Part shown: positions 40,001 to 48,879 of the stretch, piece after piece
Numbering within the stretch: the stretch's first letter is position 1
How the letters are laid out: every line of letters starts with the position of its first letter
Assembly (NCBI GenBank): GCA_040954595.2
Contig: CM082590.2
Span: forward strand, 5,828,001-5,892,000
DNA length: 64,000 bases
Direction of reading: 5' to 3'
DNA from: Balanoglossus misakiensis
Lineage: Eukaryota > Animalia > Hemichordata
Program-made: the position numbers and the translations under genes
The notes under the pieces: model-generated
What the model was told of the DNA's origin: nothing
Seen by the model: the letters and a program-made list of their open reading frames with translations, nothing else
The model's database searches: none

Positions 40001-43000
40001 AAAACTACTCCCTCTATCGGGTCAGGTGTTGTACAGGCAGGTGTTGACTCATGACGGTCGATGCCAATCCTATCTTTGAGACTTTCTATCTCCACTTTCA
40101 GTGATGTGGAGAGTATCAGATAGGGCGATTGTCTGTCGGCCTCCAGCATCTGCCAACTCCTGTCTGTCACCTAATAATCTGACAATTCCTAATAAGGAGA
40201 TTTTTCTTATTTGTGTTTTAAATAATTCTGTACTTTTGATACAGTCTGATGGAAAAGAGGAATCAGTGTTTATTTTCTTTGGATGATTGTTGATTTTGTG
40301 AATATCAGGTTTTGTTCACTATTAAATATGTCACTTGATGTGGTTATTTTTTTCATGAAAAATTTAAAACAAAACTTTAAAATTACATTAGAATTTAATG
40401 AATTTGGAATTATGGTATCTCTTACATTATTACTACTTTTTTAAATTTTTACATCATAATTAAAGTTTCACTTTCAATTCTTTTTATCTTAAATAATTAG
40501 ACTGGAAAGACACCACTTGATGTTGCTAAAAAGTCTTGTAAGGAGGTGCTGTTGGATTACATTCAGGTGAGTGTAATTTTTATATTATCATGAATTTTAA
40601 TAAAATATACAACCTGAAATGTGCTAATTCTTATTCATCTTGAATTAAAAGTGTCCATTGATTTCAGTGTGATATAAATTACTTAATGTGGTGTCACTCT
40701 TAACTGTACTCTCCAAACCCACAAATAAAATTGTATTTTTATGATTTCTTTATTCAACCAGAGACGAAAGGAGTTCAAGGTCCTGATGATGGAACCAGGT
40801 GTGAAATGTGACACTTTTAAGTTGTTCTTCGCTGGAGATGGTGGAGTTGGTAAGACTACATTATTGGAGTCACTTCAGAAGGTATGTTGATATTTTTGTT
40901 TCATTTGCGTTAAAGTTCTAGTAGGCCATATTACAATAAATGAAGGGTTGCTTGTGTGAAACTTGATGGGCCAGAATGAATTCTTAATAAACCCTTGCTC
41001 ACTCTGTCCTCAAAATGTCATTTTCTGTGATTTGTGAAGCAAGAGATGCCTATCATGTGATAAATATATAATCCCAATGATATTTTTCTTTGTTTAACGT
41101 CATTGTATACTCGTGGTTTTCACGGAGGTGTACAACTTCTCATCTACGGCTCGAAGTTGCACGACTCCCCGAAAACCACTCATATAGGATGACGTCAAAC
41201 AAAGAAATATATCGTGGGATTATATGTAATTTTTTCTTTCACTCCCCCTTATCAAAGAGTGAAGAAACAACCCTGGAATCTGAAGAAAGTGAACACATTC
41301 CCACACCTGGTATTGATGTCCAAAGTGTTCATATTCCTGACGTAGGCAAAGTCAGTGTTTGGGATTTTGCCGGCCAGGCTGAGTATTACGTCACTCATAA
41401 CATGTTTCTGGGAGCACCCAATGCTGTCTCCATATTGGTGTTCAAAGCAACAGACGAGAATGGTAAACTCAACACCTTTGAACAAGTGTTCCCACAGGTA
41501 AGAATCTTCACAGGAAAGTTAGACTGTTTCGTTTATCACTTTCCAAGTTTTATCTGTAGGAATGAAAAATATAGCTGTTTGAGAAACTTTATTCCATGTG
41601 CAACACTATCTCGGTCACCATTCATGGCTTTTTGAAAGAGTTGCAGATATTTCTATAATTAGTCTCCTGCAGAACCAACATGCCATTGTTGTTCAATAAT
41701 TATTTCATATAGTGTAACACATAGCTCCAGATATTACCTGAATCCTGAGAAATCTCATATTGGATTCAATTCATGATCCCTTTGACTCAAAAATAATCCT
41801 TTTCACAAATATTCTCATTTGTAGATTTTGTTTTGGTTGCGGTTTCTGAAAGGAACAACCCACATGGACAGGTATTCATTTGATAAGTCAGGAGAAGGAT
41901 ACGAGAAACCAGTGGTGATATTGGTTGCAAGTCGAGCTGATAAGTTGAAGAAAGAATTCATGGCTCAAGGTTGGTGTAACTCATAACTAACAACCTAACC
42001 TCTTAACCTAACTTGCAATCCTACCATGGCAGCTTCAAAAAGCTTGGACCTAACCTGAAAAAGCTCAAACTAGTTTTTGGCATTGATTACTCAAAATACA
42101 TTATTTTGTGTCAATCAGCTGGTGGTCATTACAAGTGCATTCATGTTGTGATTTCACAGCACGTCTTTTGCTGAAGAAAGTTCTCAAAGAAGCAAAGAAG
42201 ATGTTTAATGACTATTTAGACATACCAAGTGACAAATTTCTGTTGAATTGTCGTGATTCAATGGACAGTGAAATGAAGAAACTCCGCCACTGTTTACATC
42301 AGAACAAGGTAACTATGCTGTCTTGTATTCAGTTGAAATCCCAATTTTTATTAAAGCTATAACAGCTACCACTATTTTTATTAGCTCTGCTGTCACTTGT
42401 GTCAGCCGAGCTGTAGCAGTAGGTTGATAAGTGTCCGTCCGTCTGTCGTCCGTCCGTCGTCCGTCGTCCGTCAACTTTTGGTATTTCAATCTTCTTCTTT
42501 AAAACAACTTGGCATATTTAGCTGAAATTTGGTTGGAATGTGTGTTATGGTGCCCTTACCTGATTTTGTTAATTTGGATATGATGGGGTCATGAATATGC
42601 AAATTAGATCTAAAAATAGATTTTTTGGTAAAAAATCTTCTTCTCCCTAACTACATGTACGATGGAGCTGAAATTTGGTAGGAATGTGTGTTATGGTGTC
42701 CCTACCTGATTTTGTTAATTTGGATATGATGGGGTCATGAATATGCAAATTAGAACCTTTGTGCTTCCTTTTGACGTTGTTCTTTAGGATTCAATTCTTT
42801 CTTTCTTTAGCACAATGAATCAAGCTGAATTTGGATAAATACTTGTGATGTCTATGTTTGGTTTTGTTCAATAGAATACAATTGTTATGAATTATAACCA
42901 AGGGTATTCATATCATTGCCCAGGTTACACTGTTAAAGTCAGCAGAGCTCTTTTGACCGATAGGTCACTTGTTATTTTAATGATTTTACATTCAAACTTT

Positions 43001-46000
43001 GAATGGTCCATTTAAACTTTAAAGCTTACTAATGGGTATACACAAATGTATTACCGGTACCAACCTCTGATTGTGGTTGTATGTTTCCAAGGTAAATAAT
43101 AAGTGGGTGTCACACCCATTTATTTAGCCTCCCATTGTAAGAGTACACAGCTATTGTCATATGCATACAGTGTGTATATAAATATTATTATCATACATGC
43201 AACGCCTGTATTTAACACTTTCTATTGTTCTCGCCCCGAAGATATTTTACGGTATTTCACAATGTGAAAATATCGCGTCCGCGTCTCGGCGCGACAGTTC
43301 GCTGCGCGCGCGAGCGACACACGGGGCATAGGACTCTAGCGGAGAGGGGTGTTGTAAAATTCGGTTATTAGAAGCTGTAATAAAGTTTTCAAAGCTGGCG
43401 GTTTTGTCATGTTGAATGCATCATTTTTAGTTCTTCGAAATTCTCAATGCAAAATAATTGTTAACATGATATTTTGAAAGAGAACGTAGACAATTTTATT
43501 TAGAATGCGGATGTGCCCATCGTAATGAAAGCTGCCAACCCCCTTAAAATGATACTACGGCCCACACGTCATACGTCACAACATGGCTACTGCCGTGATC
43601 CCAGCGCCCGGTTCAAATTTGAAATTGTTTTTCTCGGCGCATTTTCGCAAATCATACTGTTTTATAGGTAGGCATGTATGATAAAGGGGTTATTACACGA
43701 ATTTTGGTCGATAACGCGACGCATTCTCGTGATGTCCGTATTTTGACTCGTTGCGAAGCGCAACTCGTCAAAATACGGACATCACTCGAATACGACGCGT
43801 TATCAACCAAAATTAGTGTAATAACCCCTAAGAATCTCCACAAACTCAAAATAACGTCTATCAGCCAAGGATAAGCAGAAGTCGAGAGTATTTAATTGAT
43901 AACAATATGCCATAAGTGACAGCTATTTGGGCATTAATTAAAAAAAAACATTGATGTGCTCATCTTTATTCTTAGAAAGTGAAAGTGCTTCCAAGCGTGT
44001 GTGCCAAGATAATGGAAAAGAAGAGGGAATTATATGATGACTTCCCAGCTCTTTATTGGACAGAATATGTGGCGAAAATCAAAGAAATTTACCCCACGAT
44101 TGGAGAAAGCTTCTTACGAAAAGCCACCAACTATCTGCATGACATAGGAGAGGTTAGTAACAAGAAACATCATGTTGTTCATCCATTCTCTGTTTGTACA
44201 AGTACCAAAATGTTTCTAGTGACAAATTCAGATTTCATAGTTTTTAGTTATCAATATATGATTGTAATTCTAATTCCATTTTGAGTCCCAAATTGCAAAC
44301 ATACAGTGTACATTAGGCCCCCAAAAAATAATATGTGCTGTTCCGATTACATGGTTTTCAAAAATAGGGTAGGTAGGAAAAGAAATGTTTTTTTTTATTT
44401 TGCAATATTTTTTTTTATTTCTTTGGCCGCCGTCGTGTAGAAAAAATGACGTCACTCATATTTCTTGTGTGATTCTCGCAATTTTCATACATTTTGTATA
44501 TTTGACATTGTTTTTTTAACTTCCGTTTTACAAAGCTCTAAAATGTTTAGGGTCGGCGGGTTAAAATTAGGGTTGGTCGGGTAATCGGAACAGCACATAT
44601 TTTTTTATTTGGCCTAATGTATGATTGGAATTTGAGACTCAAAATGGAATCTTACATTAATTCAGTTAATTTGTAATTCTTATTCTATTTTGAGTCCCAA
44701 AATTTCAGTCATAATAACTTACAAAAGATATGTACCATGATGTACATACCCACATTTGTTCATCCATTTTGACTGCCTAGCAACCATTAAATAATTATTA
44801 TATCTGAAGAGATTTTATTGAATCTCACTATGAACTATATATGCTCATGTGTTTAGGACTGAAACTGTGCAAATTTATGCAATAAATTATTGATCAAATT
44901 CAACTTTCTTTCAATTCAGCTTATATCTATTATCAATTGCATGATCTCATCAAGGTTGTCTGTATGCAAATTTGCAATTTATTGATTAGAAACATAAAAA
45001 TAGTTTGACCAATTTCATTTAATTTGAATGAATATTTAACAAATTAGTGCAATTATAGCTCTAAATCAGAGAGTATTAAACAAATTTTATGAAACTATCT
45101 GGTTCATGTATGCTAAAATATCCTTTTTTCTGTCCTTAGCTTTTGCTTGTGAAGAAGTCATCTCCAGACGAAGACGATATTGTTGTATTGGATCCAAAAT
45201 GGCTGTGCTCCAGAATCTTTGGGCCGATGTTGGCTACCCATTTATTTGCACAGTTCAGTAGCTGGTTTGACAGACAGACTTTTCACTCCATTCGTGCGAT
45301 AAAGGATGTACTTGGTAAAGGTGTCAACTACAAACTTCTTGTTCGACTTCTGGAGGATTTCGAACTTGCTTATCCAGTGGATATTGAGGTGGATCCTACA
45401 GATGAAGATGTTGAGTCAAACACTAATACAGATGAAGATAGCGAACCAGACTCCATAGGTGACGAAGAACAGAGAAAAGCTTTCGTCATACCAGGGCTTC
45501 AAGACGACGATATGCCTGAAGGTCAATGGGAGGTGAGCCGAATGAAGACCATCTACCTTGGAAGACGTTTTGAATGCCACGATGAAACAGATTCCTTTAC
45601 GGCAGGCTTTTTCCCAAGATTACAGACCCGTCTATATAAGCATTTCACAGAGCTTGGCCAGCCGCCCAGTGGCTTATGGAGAAATGGTATCAAAGTGTGC
45701 CATGATGTTGAAGGTCTTGTCTTTATGACCAATGGCAGAAGGGCAGTCAATGTCTGTGTACGAGTTGAAGACAAGAAGTCGATTGGTGAGGGCTACAAGC
45801 TTCTTGAGATGGTTTCCAAAGACATACAGGATGTCTTCTCGATCGCATGTCCAGGCAACAGGATGAATCAGCTTATCCTGAGTGCAGATTCTCTTGCAAA
45901 CCACAGCAACATGGAAAAAGTAGAGTTTTACACTCTCGATGAGGTGCTACGTGCAGAAGACATGGGAAAGAAAGTGTACAACCAAAAAGTTGGTAAAGCA

Positions 46001-46585
46001 GAAGATGTTTGTGACCTGCTTTGTCAAGGTCATGACACAACGATCTTACGAAGGAAGTGGAAACGCTGTGATATCAAATGGATGCTTGAAGATACCAGAC
46101 GCAAATTGACCATGGGAATGGACATTGAGCGTGGACACCCTTCCTTGCACTATGCCACCATGGCCGAATGGATGGGAATCGGGTACCAGGATGTCAAGGC
46201 ACTGGAAAAGGTGGCAAGTCTAACAGGCAGATCAGTTACAGAGTGCATCTTCGAAGAGTGGTGTCGCAGATGGATGAAACAACATCAAAGTGGAAAAGAC
46301 ACAACTACAGCTGCAGGTGCCAGAGCCATGTCACATGACATCGATGCCACCAAAAGTCGTATATCAAAAATGTCACTGTCATCAACATCGTCAGCCCAGC
46401 AAGATTCAAGTAAAGAAGCGAAGGCTCAGAAAACAGCAAGACAGAAGTATCCACGTGTAGAGGGACCCCTCTATGAAAGCAACTTTGAGAATCTGTTGGC
46501 AATTTTCAAGACCATGGGAAGAGACGACATGGTAGCGTTGATTGAAGAAATGTTCGAAGAAATTGCGAAAACACACACGAAATGA
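1013..46585 (+). CDS. Spliced ankyrin repeat-ROC GTPase-COR-death domain protein (ROCO family, DAPK1-like architecture without kinase), ~1300 aa
   Basis: GT-AG exons read manually and joining in frame: 1013-1042 (MASQEDKDPE), 2844-2942, 13571-13669, 13955-14053, 14339-14440, 16494-16592, 16885-16983, 17276-17374, 18969-19067, 19234-19332, 20122-20235, 35086-35184, 35313-35411, 37103-37216, 38515-38613, 39390-39503, 40501-40566, 40762-40881, 41258-41497, 41825-41969, 42160-42308, 43976-44152, 45140-46585. Motifs: ankyrin GxT(P/A)LH...GADVN; P-loop GDGGVGKTT; TPGID; WDFAGQ.EYY.TH; LHDIGE; VVLDPKWL (COR); C-terminal death-domain-like helices. Confidence 0.88.
2844..2942 (+). CDS. N-terminal ankyrin (cap) exon, DLFDAAGKGDVAKIQSLIADGYDVNARGKYLFG
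   Basis: ttacag| 99 nt |gtaagt, phase 0-0, ankyrin consensus. Confidence 0.85.
3460..4538 (+). repeat. Long-hairpin element (190-bp palindrome 3460-3648 plus IR-bounded body)
   Basis: ACAGAACTTCATGACC...GGTCATGAAGTTCTGT; ATTATTGCATATG / CATATGCAATAAT. Confidence 0.75.
4715..5060 (+). repeat. Long-hairpin element (palindrome 4715-4902)
   Basis: ACACATGATGACTGACA...TGTCAGTCATCATGTGT; TTATAACAC / GTGTTATAA. Confidence 0.75.
5208..6193. mobile_element. Non-autonomous DNA transposon with TTAA TSD (Kolobok-like)
   Basis: TTAA|GGTAGTTGGAAAGGCTA ... TAGCCTTTCCAACTACC|TTAA. Confidence 0.85.
6210..7140 (+). mobile_element. Helentron/HINE (DINE-1-like) non-autonomous repeat; a related inverted copy lies at ~50350-51290
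   Basis: TTTTTAGGTCCCA...TGGGACCT terminal hairpin followed by a (TGTA/TCTG) microsatellite; reverse-complement similarity to 50700-51290; 3' boundary approximate. Confidence 0.6.
7780..11174 (+). pseudogene. THAP-HTH-DDE (HARBI1/DDE_Tnp_4-like) transposase, frameshifted
   Basis: Exons 7780-7977, 8476-8654, 8945-9045, 10097-11174. THAP CAWGTC..FP..W..AC..VCSK|HF; catalytic IIDCTE, MADKGF, RIHIER. Frameshift near 10830-10860. Confidence 0.85.
9257..12952 (-). pseudogene. SWIM zinc finger + YqaJ-like (lambda exonuclease family) nuclease with a premature stop
   Basis: Exons 12952-12696, 12206-11970, 11741-11600, 10030-9257. SWIM CTCKAG|LSGHCSH; YqaJ RLTASNFG, LGATPDG, IECKCP, YFSQVQGQL. In-frame TAA at 9775-9773. 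Confidence 0.82.
13571..17374 (+). CDS. Six type-A ankyrin exon cassettes (99-102 nt each) in a 384-391 bp exon+intron tandem repeat
   Basis: Each exon is flanked by ttcattccag| and |gtac. Examples: GGWTALYVASWGGKLDAMRELISHGADVNAKAE and RGSTALHSASEAGQLDAMRELISHGADVNAKDE. The introns are near-identical. Confidence 0.9.
14466..16229 (-). mobile_element. Truncated hAT transposon (ZNF862-like transposase relic) inserted in a type-A intron
   Basis: STDGAAVM, HCVCHRLALA, TR*LS (W to stop) and PVSNAWPERGAS dimerisation motif; a CAGGGGTTTC terminus at 14466; the host intron resumes at ~16230. Confidence 0.85.
18105..18835 (-). mobile_element. 3' fragment of an L1/Tx1-type non-LTR retrotransposon
   Basis: zf-RVT-like FKLLHNILYTN...CTLC...ESLEHLFYSC...W; T-rich run at ~18108-18140 corresponds to an A-rich tail. 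Confidence 0.8.
18969..20235 (+). CDS. Ankyrin exons: type B (18969-19067, 19234-19332) and type C (20122-20235)
   Basis: DGNTPLHHAAGSHNEGGLRLLLEHKADVTIQNK and DGNTALHMAAMGEDSLRDYGKVVKLLLQYGADIDCKNK; canonical splice sites, phase 0. Confidence 0.88.
20488..28569. repeat. 225-bp tandem array 1 (~36 copies)
   Basis: Period 225 (ORF track repeats every 225 nt); two 175-bp deletion variants and one 231-bp variant. Confidence 0.97.
28568..28630 (+). pseudogene. 5'-truncated type-C ankyrin exon fused directly to a 225-bp repeat unit
   Basis: ...gactcatGATTATGGAAAAGTTGTG...AACAAG|gtac followed by the same intron as 20236+; the native acceptor and the first 17 codons are missing. Confidence 0.85.
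28884..34925. repeat. 225-bp tandem array 2 (~27 copies)
   Basis: Same unit, with array-specific variants (ctatcccc, tacaaat). Confidence 0.97.
35086..39503 (+). CDS. Ankyrin exons B (35086-35184, 35313-35411, 38515-38613) and C (37103-37216, 39390-39503)
   Basis: Paralogous copies of the 18969-20235 exons with intact splice sites and open frames. Confidence 0.88.
35715..36631. mobile_element. 917-bp non-autonomous DNA transposon with ~32-bp TIRs and a 3-bp TSD (AAC)
   Basis: CATAGACCCTAGAGAAAGAAGGACGCGCAACT ... AGTTGCGCGTCCTTCTTTCTCTAGGGTCTATG; empty paralogous sites (ctcaaacaaacac) at ~19640 and ~38910. Confidence 0.93.
37479..38350. repeat. 225-bp tandem array 3 (~4 copies)
   Basis: Same unit and same flanks as arrays 1 and 2. 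Confidence 0.95.
39754..40176. repeat. 225-bp tandem array 4 (~2 copies)
   Basis: Same unit and same flanks. Confidence 0.95.
40501..44152 (+). CDS. Ankyrin C-cap, ROC GTPase and start of COR exons
   Basis: TGKTPLDVA cap; GDGGVGKTT (G1); WDFAGQAEYY (G3); ILVASRAD (G4-like); LRKATNYLHDIGE. Intron phases 0,0,0,1,0,0 are consistent. Confidence 0.9.
41078..41213 (-). repeat. ~135-bp imperfect palindrome of the same class, just upstream of a ROC exon
   Basis: GATATTTTTCTTTGTTTAACGTCA...TGACGTCAAACAAAGAAATATATC. Confidence 0.7.
42377..42975 (+). mobile_element. Helentron/HINE-type non-autonomous element
   Basis: T-rich site, subTIR AGCTCTGCTG/CAGCAGAGCT, (GTCC/GTC)n microsatellite, internal ~130-bp tandem duplication, 3' hairpin TGACC-gata-GGTCA. 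Confidence 0.7.
43183..43830 (-). repeat. Long-hairpin element (palindrome 43685-43830)
   Basis: Palindrome centred on GCGAAGCGC; TTATCATACATGC / GCATGTATGATAA inverted pair. Confidence 0.75.
44316..44614. mobile_element. MITE with GGCC termini (PIF/Harbinger-like), nested in another inverted repeat
   Basis: TTA|GGCC..AATATGTGCTGTTCCGATTAC / GTAATCGGAACAGCACATAT..GGCC|TAA. Confidence 0.7.
45140..46585 (+). CDS. Terminal exon: COR domain and C-terminal death-domain-like region
   Basis: 480-aa ORF after the ccttag acceptor; VVLDPKWLC, YLGRR, GFFPRLQ and LWRNG COR-type motifs; ends in NLLAIFKTMGRDDMVALIE, typical of death-domain helices 5-6. Confidence 0.9.
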   Translation, partial: LLLVKKSSPDEDDIVVLDPKWLCSRIFGPMLATHLFAQFSSWFDRQTFHSIRAIKDVLGKGVNYKLLVRLLEDFELAYPVDIEVDPTDEDVESNTNTDEDSEPDSIGDEEQRKAFVIPGLQDDDMPEGQWEVSRMKTIYLGRRFECHDETDSFTAGFFPRLQTRLYKHFTELGQPPSGLWRNGIKVCHDVEGLVFMTNGRRAVNVCVRVEDKKSIGEGYKLLEMVSKDIQDVFSIACPGNRMNQLILSADSLANHSNMEKVEFYTLDEVLRAEDMGKKVYNQKVGKAEDVCDLLCQGHDTTILRRKWKRCDIKWMLEDTRRKLTMGMDIERGHPSLHYATMAEWMGIGYQDVKALEKVASLTGRSVTECIFEEWCRRWMKQHQSGKDTTTAAGARAMSHDIDATKSRISKMSLSSTSSAQQDSSKEAKAQKTARQKYPRVEGPLYESNFENLLAIFKTMGRDDMVALIEEMFEEIAKTHTK

Positions 46586-46689
46586 ACAATAACATCATGG
46601 GCATAACATTTATTTCTACTGTTATGCAAATTTGCCACCATTGTAATATCTGGGACGAACACTAAAGTTTAATCTGACCTCGTCTCGAT

Positions 46690-47606
46690 ATGCCTATGGA
46701 CACATCACATGGACATGAATGCAAGAATGGACACAGATCATTTATGAAGTCAATGTGAACAACTTTACTTGAAGTCAGTACATTGTAAACAGAATACCAG
46801 AGTTGTTATAATTTGTCTGGTCACAATATGTCTTTTGACACATCACGTACATGGACATGAATGCAAGAATGGACACATCATTTATGAAGTGAATGTGAAC
46901 AACTTTACTTGAAGTCAGTACATTGTAAACAGAATACCAGAGTTGTAATAATTTGTCTGATCACAATATGTCTATAGACACATCACGTACATGGACATGA
47001 ATGCAAAAATGGACACATCATTTATGAAGTCAATGTGAACAACTTTGCTTGAAGTCAGTACATTGTAAACAGAATACCACATTTGTAATAATTTGTCTGG
47101 TCACAATATGTCTATTGACACATCACGTACATGGACATGAATGCAAGAATGGACACAGATCATTTATGAAGTCGAATGTGAACAACTTCACTTGAAGTCA
47201 GTACATTGTAAACAGAATACCAGAGTTGTTATAATTTGTCTGATCACAATATGTCTATAGACACATCACGTACATGGACATGAATGCAAGAATGGACACA
47301 GATCATTTATGAAGTCAATGTGAACAACTTTACTTGAAGTCAGTACATTGTAAACAGAATACCAGAGTTGTAATAATTTGTCTGATCACAATATGTCTAT
47401 AGACACATCACGTACATGGACATGAATGCAAGAATGGACACATCATTTATGAAGTGAATGTGAACAACTTTACTTGAAGTACATTGTAAACAGAATACCA
47501 GAGTTGTAATAATTTGTCTGATCACAATATGTCTATAGACACATCACGTACATGGACATGAATGCAAGAATGGACACAGATCATTTAAAAAGTCAATGTG
47601 AATAAC
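46690..47606. repeat. ~121-124-bp tandem repeat (~7.5 copies) directly 3' of the ROCO stop codon
   Basis: Recurring CATGGACATGAATGCAAGAATGGACAC...GAAGTCAGTACATTGTAAACAGAATACC. Confidence 0.92.
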
Positions 47607-47610
47607 TTAA

Positions 47611-47951
47611 AGCGCCTAGCTCGTCTCACACGCATGCGTGTAACTTCCCTTTGCGACAGTTTTCCCTGTGCACAGCCAGACAATGTTCAGAAACTTTTCC
47701 GTTCGATGCATTCAAATAGTGGACTGCCTTCGCTTCCTTCCATATTTCATGCGCACCTTATAAGTAGATTCTGGTTTTGTCCCTCCTTTTCACCCAAGCT
47801 GGGGTCTTTTCCAGATCTCCGACACAGATTATGGTCGCCGCCATCTTGTCTGTTGTTAGGACAGAGCACTGCCTTATGGGATTGACTGTTCACTAAACAC
47901 CTGTAACCAGCGGCTACAGCTGGAACATGTGTGTGAGACGAGCTAGGCGCT
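47611..47951. mobile_element. TTAA-flanked MITE (second copy at 59461-59744)
   Basis: TTAA|AGCGCCTAGCTCGTCTCACAC ... GTGTGAGACGAGCTAGGCGCT|TTAA. Confidence 0.85.
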
Positions 47952-48346
47952 TTAAAATATTCCTTTATTGTCATATATACCGTATCTGAAAGAATCTCAA
48001 CAAATTATAAGGAAATACTAGTATGTTTTTAATTGTCGAATGCTTTCTTTCTAGAGAAATATCTGTCCACAAATTTCATAAACACAATAGTTTAACATCA
48101 TAGGTTTTTGTTGTTGTTTTTTTGGGGGGAGGGTGATTGATTGGCTGTTTATTTTGGTATTTTTGTTTTATTTCATTCAAATAATTACTTGCCACAAATA
48201 TTAGTATGTTTTTCTTCTTTTCATGTTACCAACGAAATATGGAATACATTACATCTAAAGGAAAAATTATTTTTAGGAAAATCTGTCCGGACGCATAAGT
48301 GAACAGCCCAGATGCAGTGCATGATTATGGCATACCATAGTCTTAA

Positions 48347-48808
48347 AGGGACAAAGTCTCTCTCTCTCGCTGCCCCTTTTTCCATTTATTATATTTGATA
48401 CAAGACACCGTTTATGTTATTCTACATGTGGATATATAGTGAATCAATGTTCGACCACACACACCTCCCATGACAAAGTCTCTCTCTCACTTTTCCCATT
48501 AATGATGTTTGATGCAAGACACCGTTTACGTTAGTCTACATGTGGATATATAGTGAATCAATGCTCGACCACACACAACTTCTAGCCCACTTGTAGACAC
48601 GAGAGTGAAAAACTCGCCAAAATGAATAAAAGGTGTTTACCATTTATTCATTTTGGCGAGATTTTCACTCTCATATCCTACAAACGGGATGGAAGTTGTG
48701 TGTGGTCGAACGTTGATTCACTATATATCCACATGTAGAATAACATAAACGGTGTCGTGTATCATAATAAATGGAAAAAGGGCAGCAAGAGAGAGAGACA
48801 TTGTCCCT
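48347..48808. mobile_element. Fold-back TTAA MITE family (AGGGACAAAGTCTCTCTC termini); other copies at 58624-58980, 60197-60554, 63007-63225 (partial) and 63521-63862
   Basis: TTAA|AGGGACAAAG...TTGTCCCT|TTAA; near fully palindromic; five copies in the window. Confidence 0.88.
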
Positions 48809-48879
48809 TTAAGGTAAAGTTAGGAAGGTACAGGATTCTGTGCCTCTATATTCAGCTGCAAATCAGTCTGTCCGTGGAG

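Noticed and set aside
1013-46585. Calling the gene DAPK1 or LRRK
   Set aside because: There is no kinase or LRR domain in the window and the gene appears to start at 1013; only the ANK-ROC-COR-DD architecture is shared.
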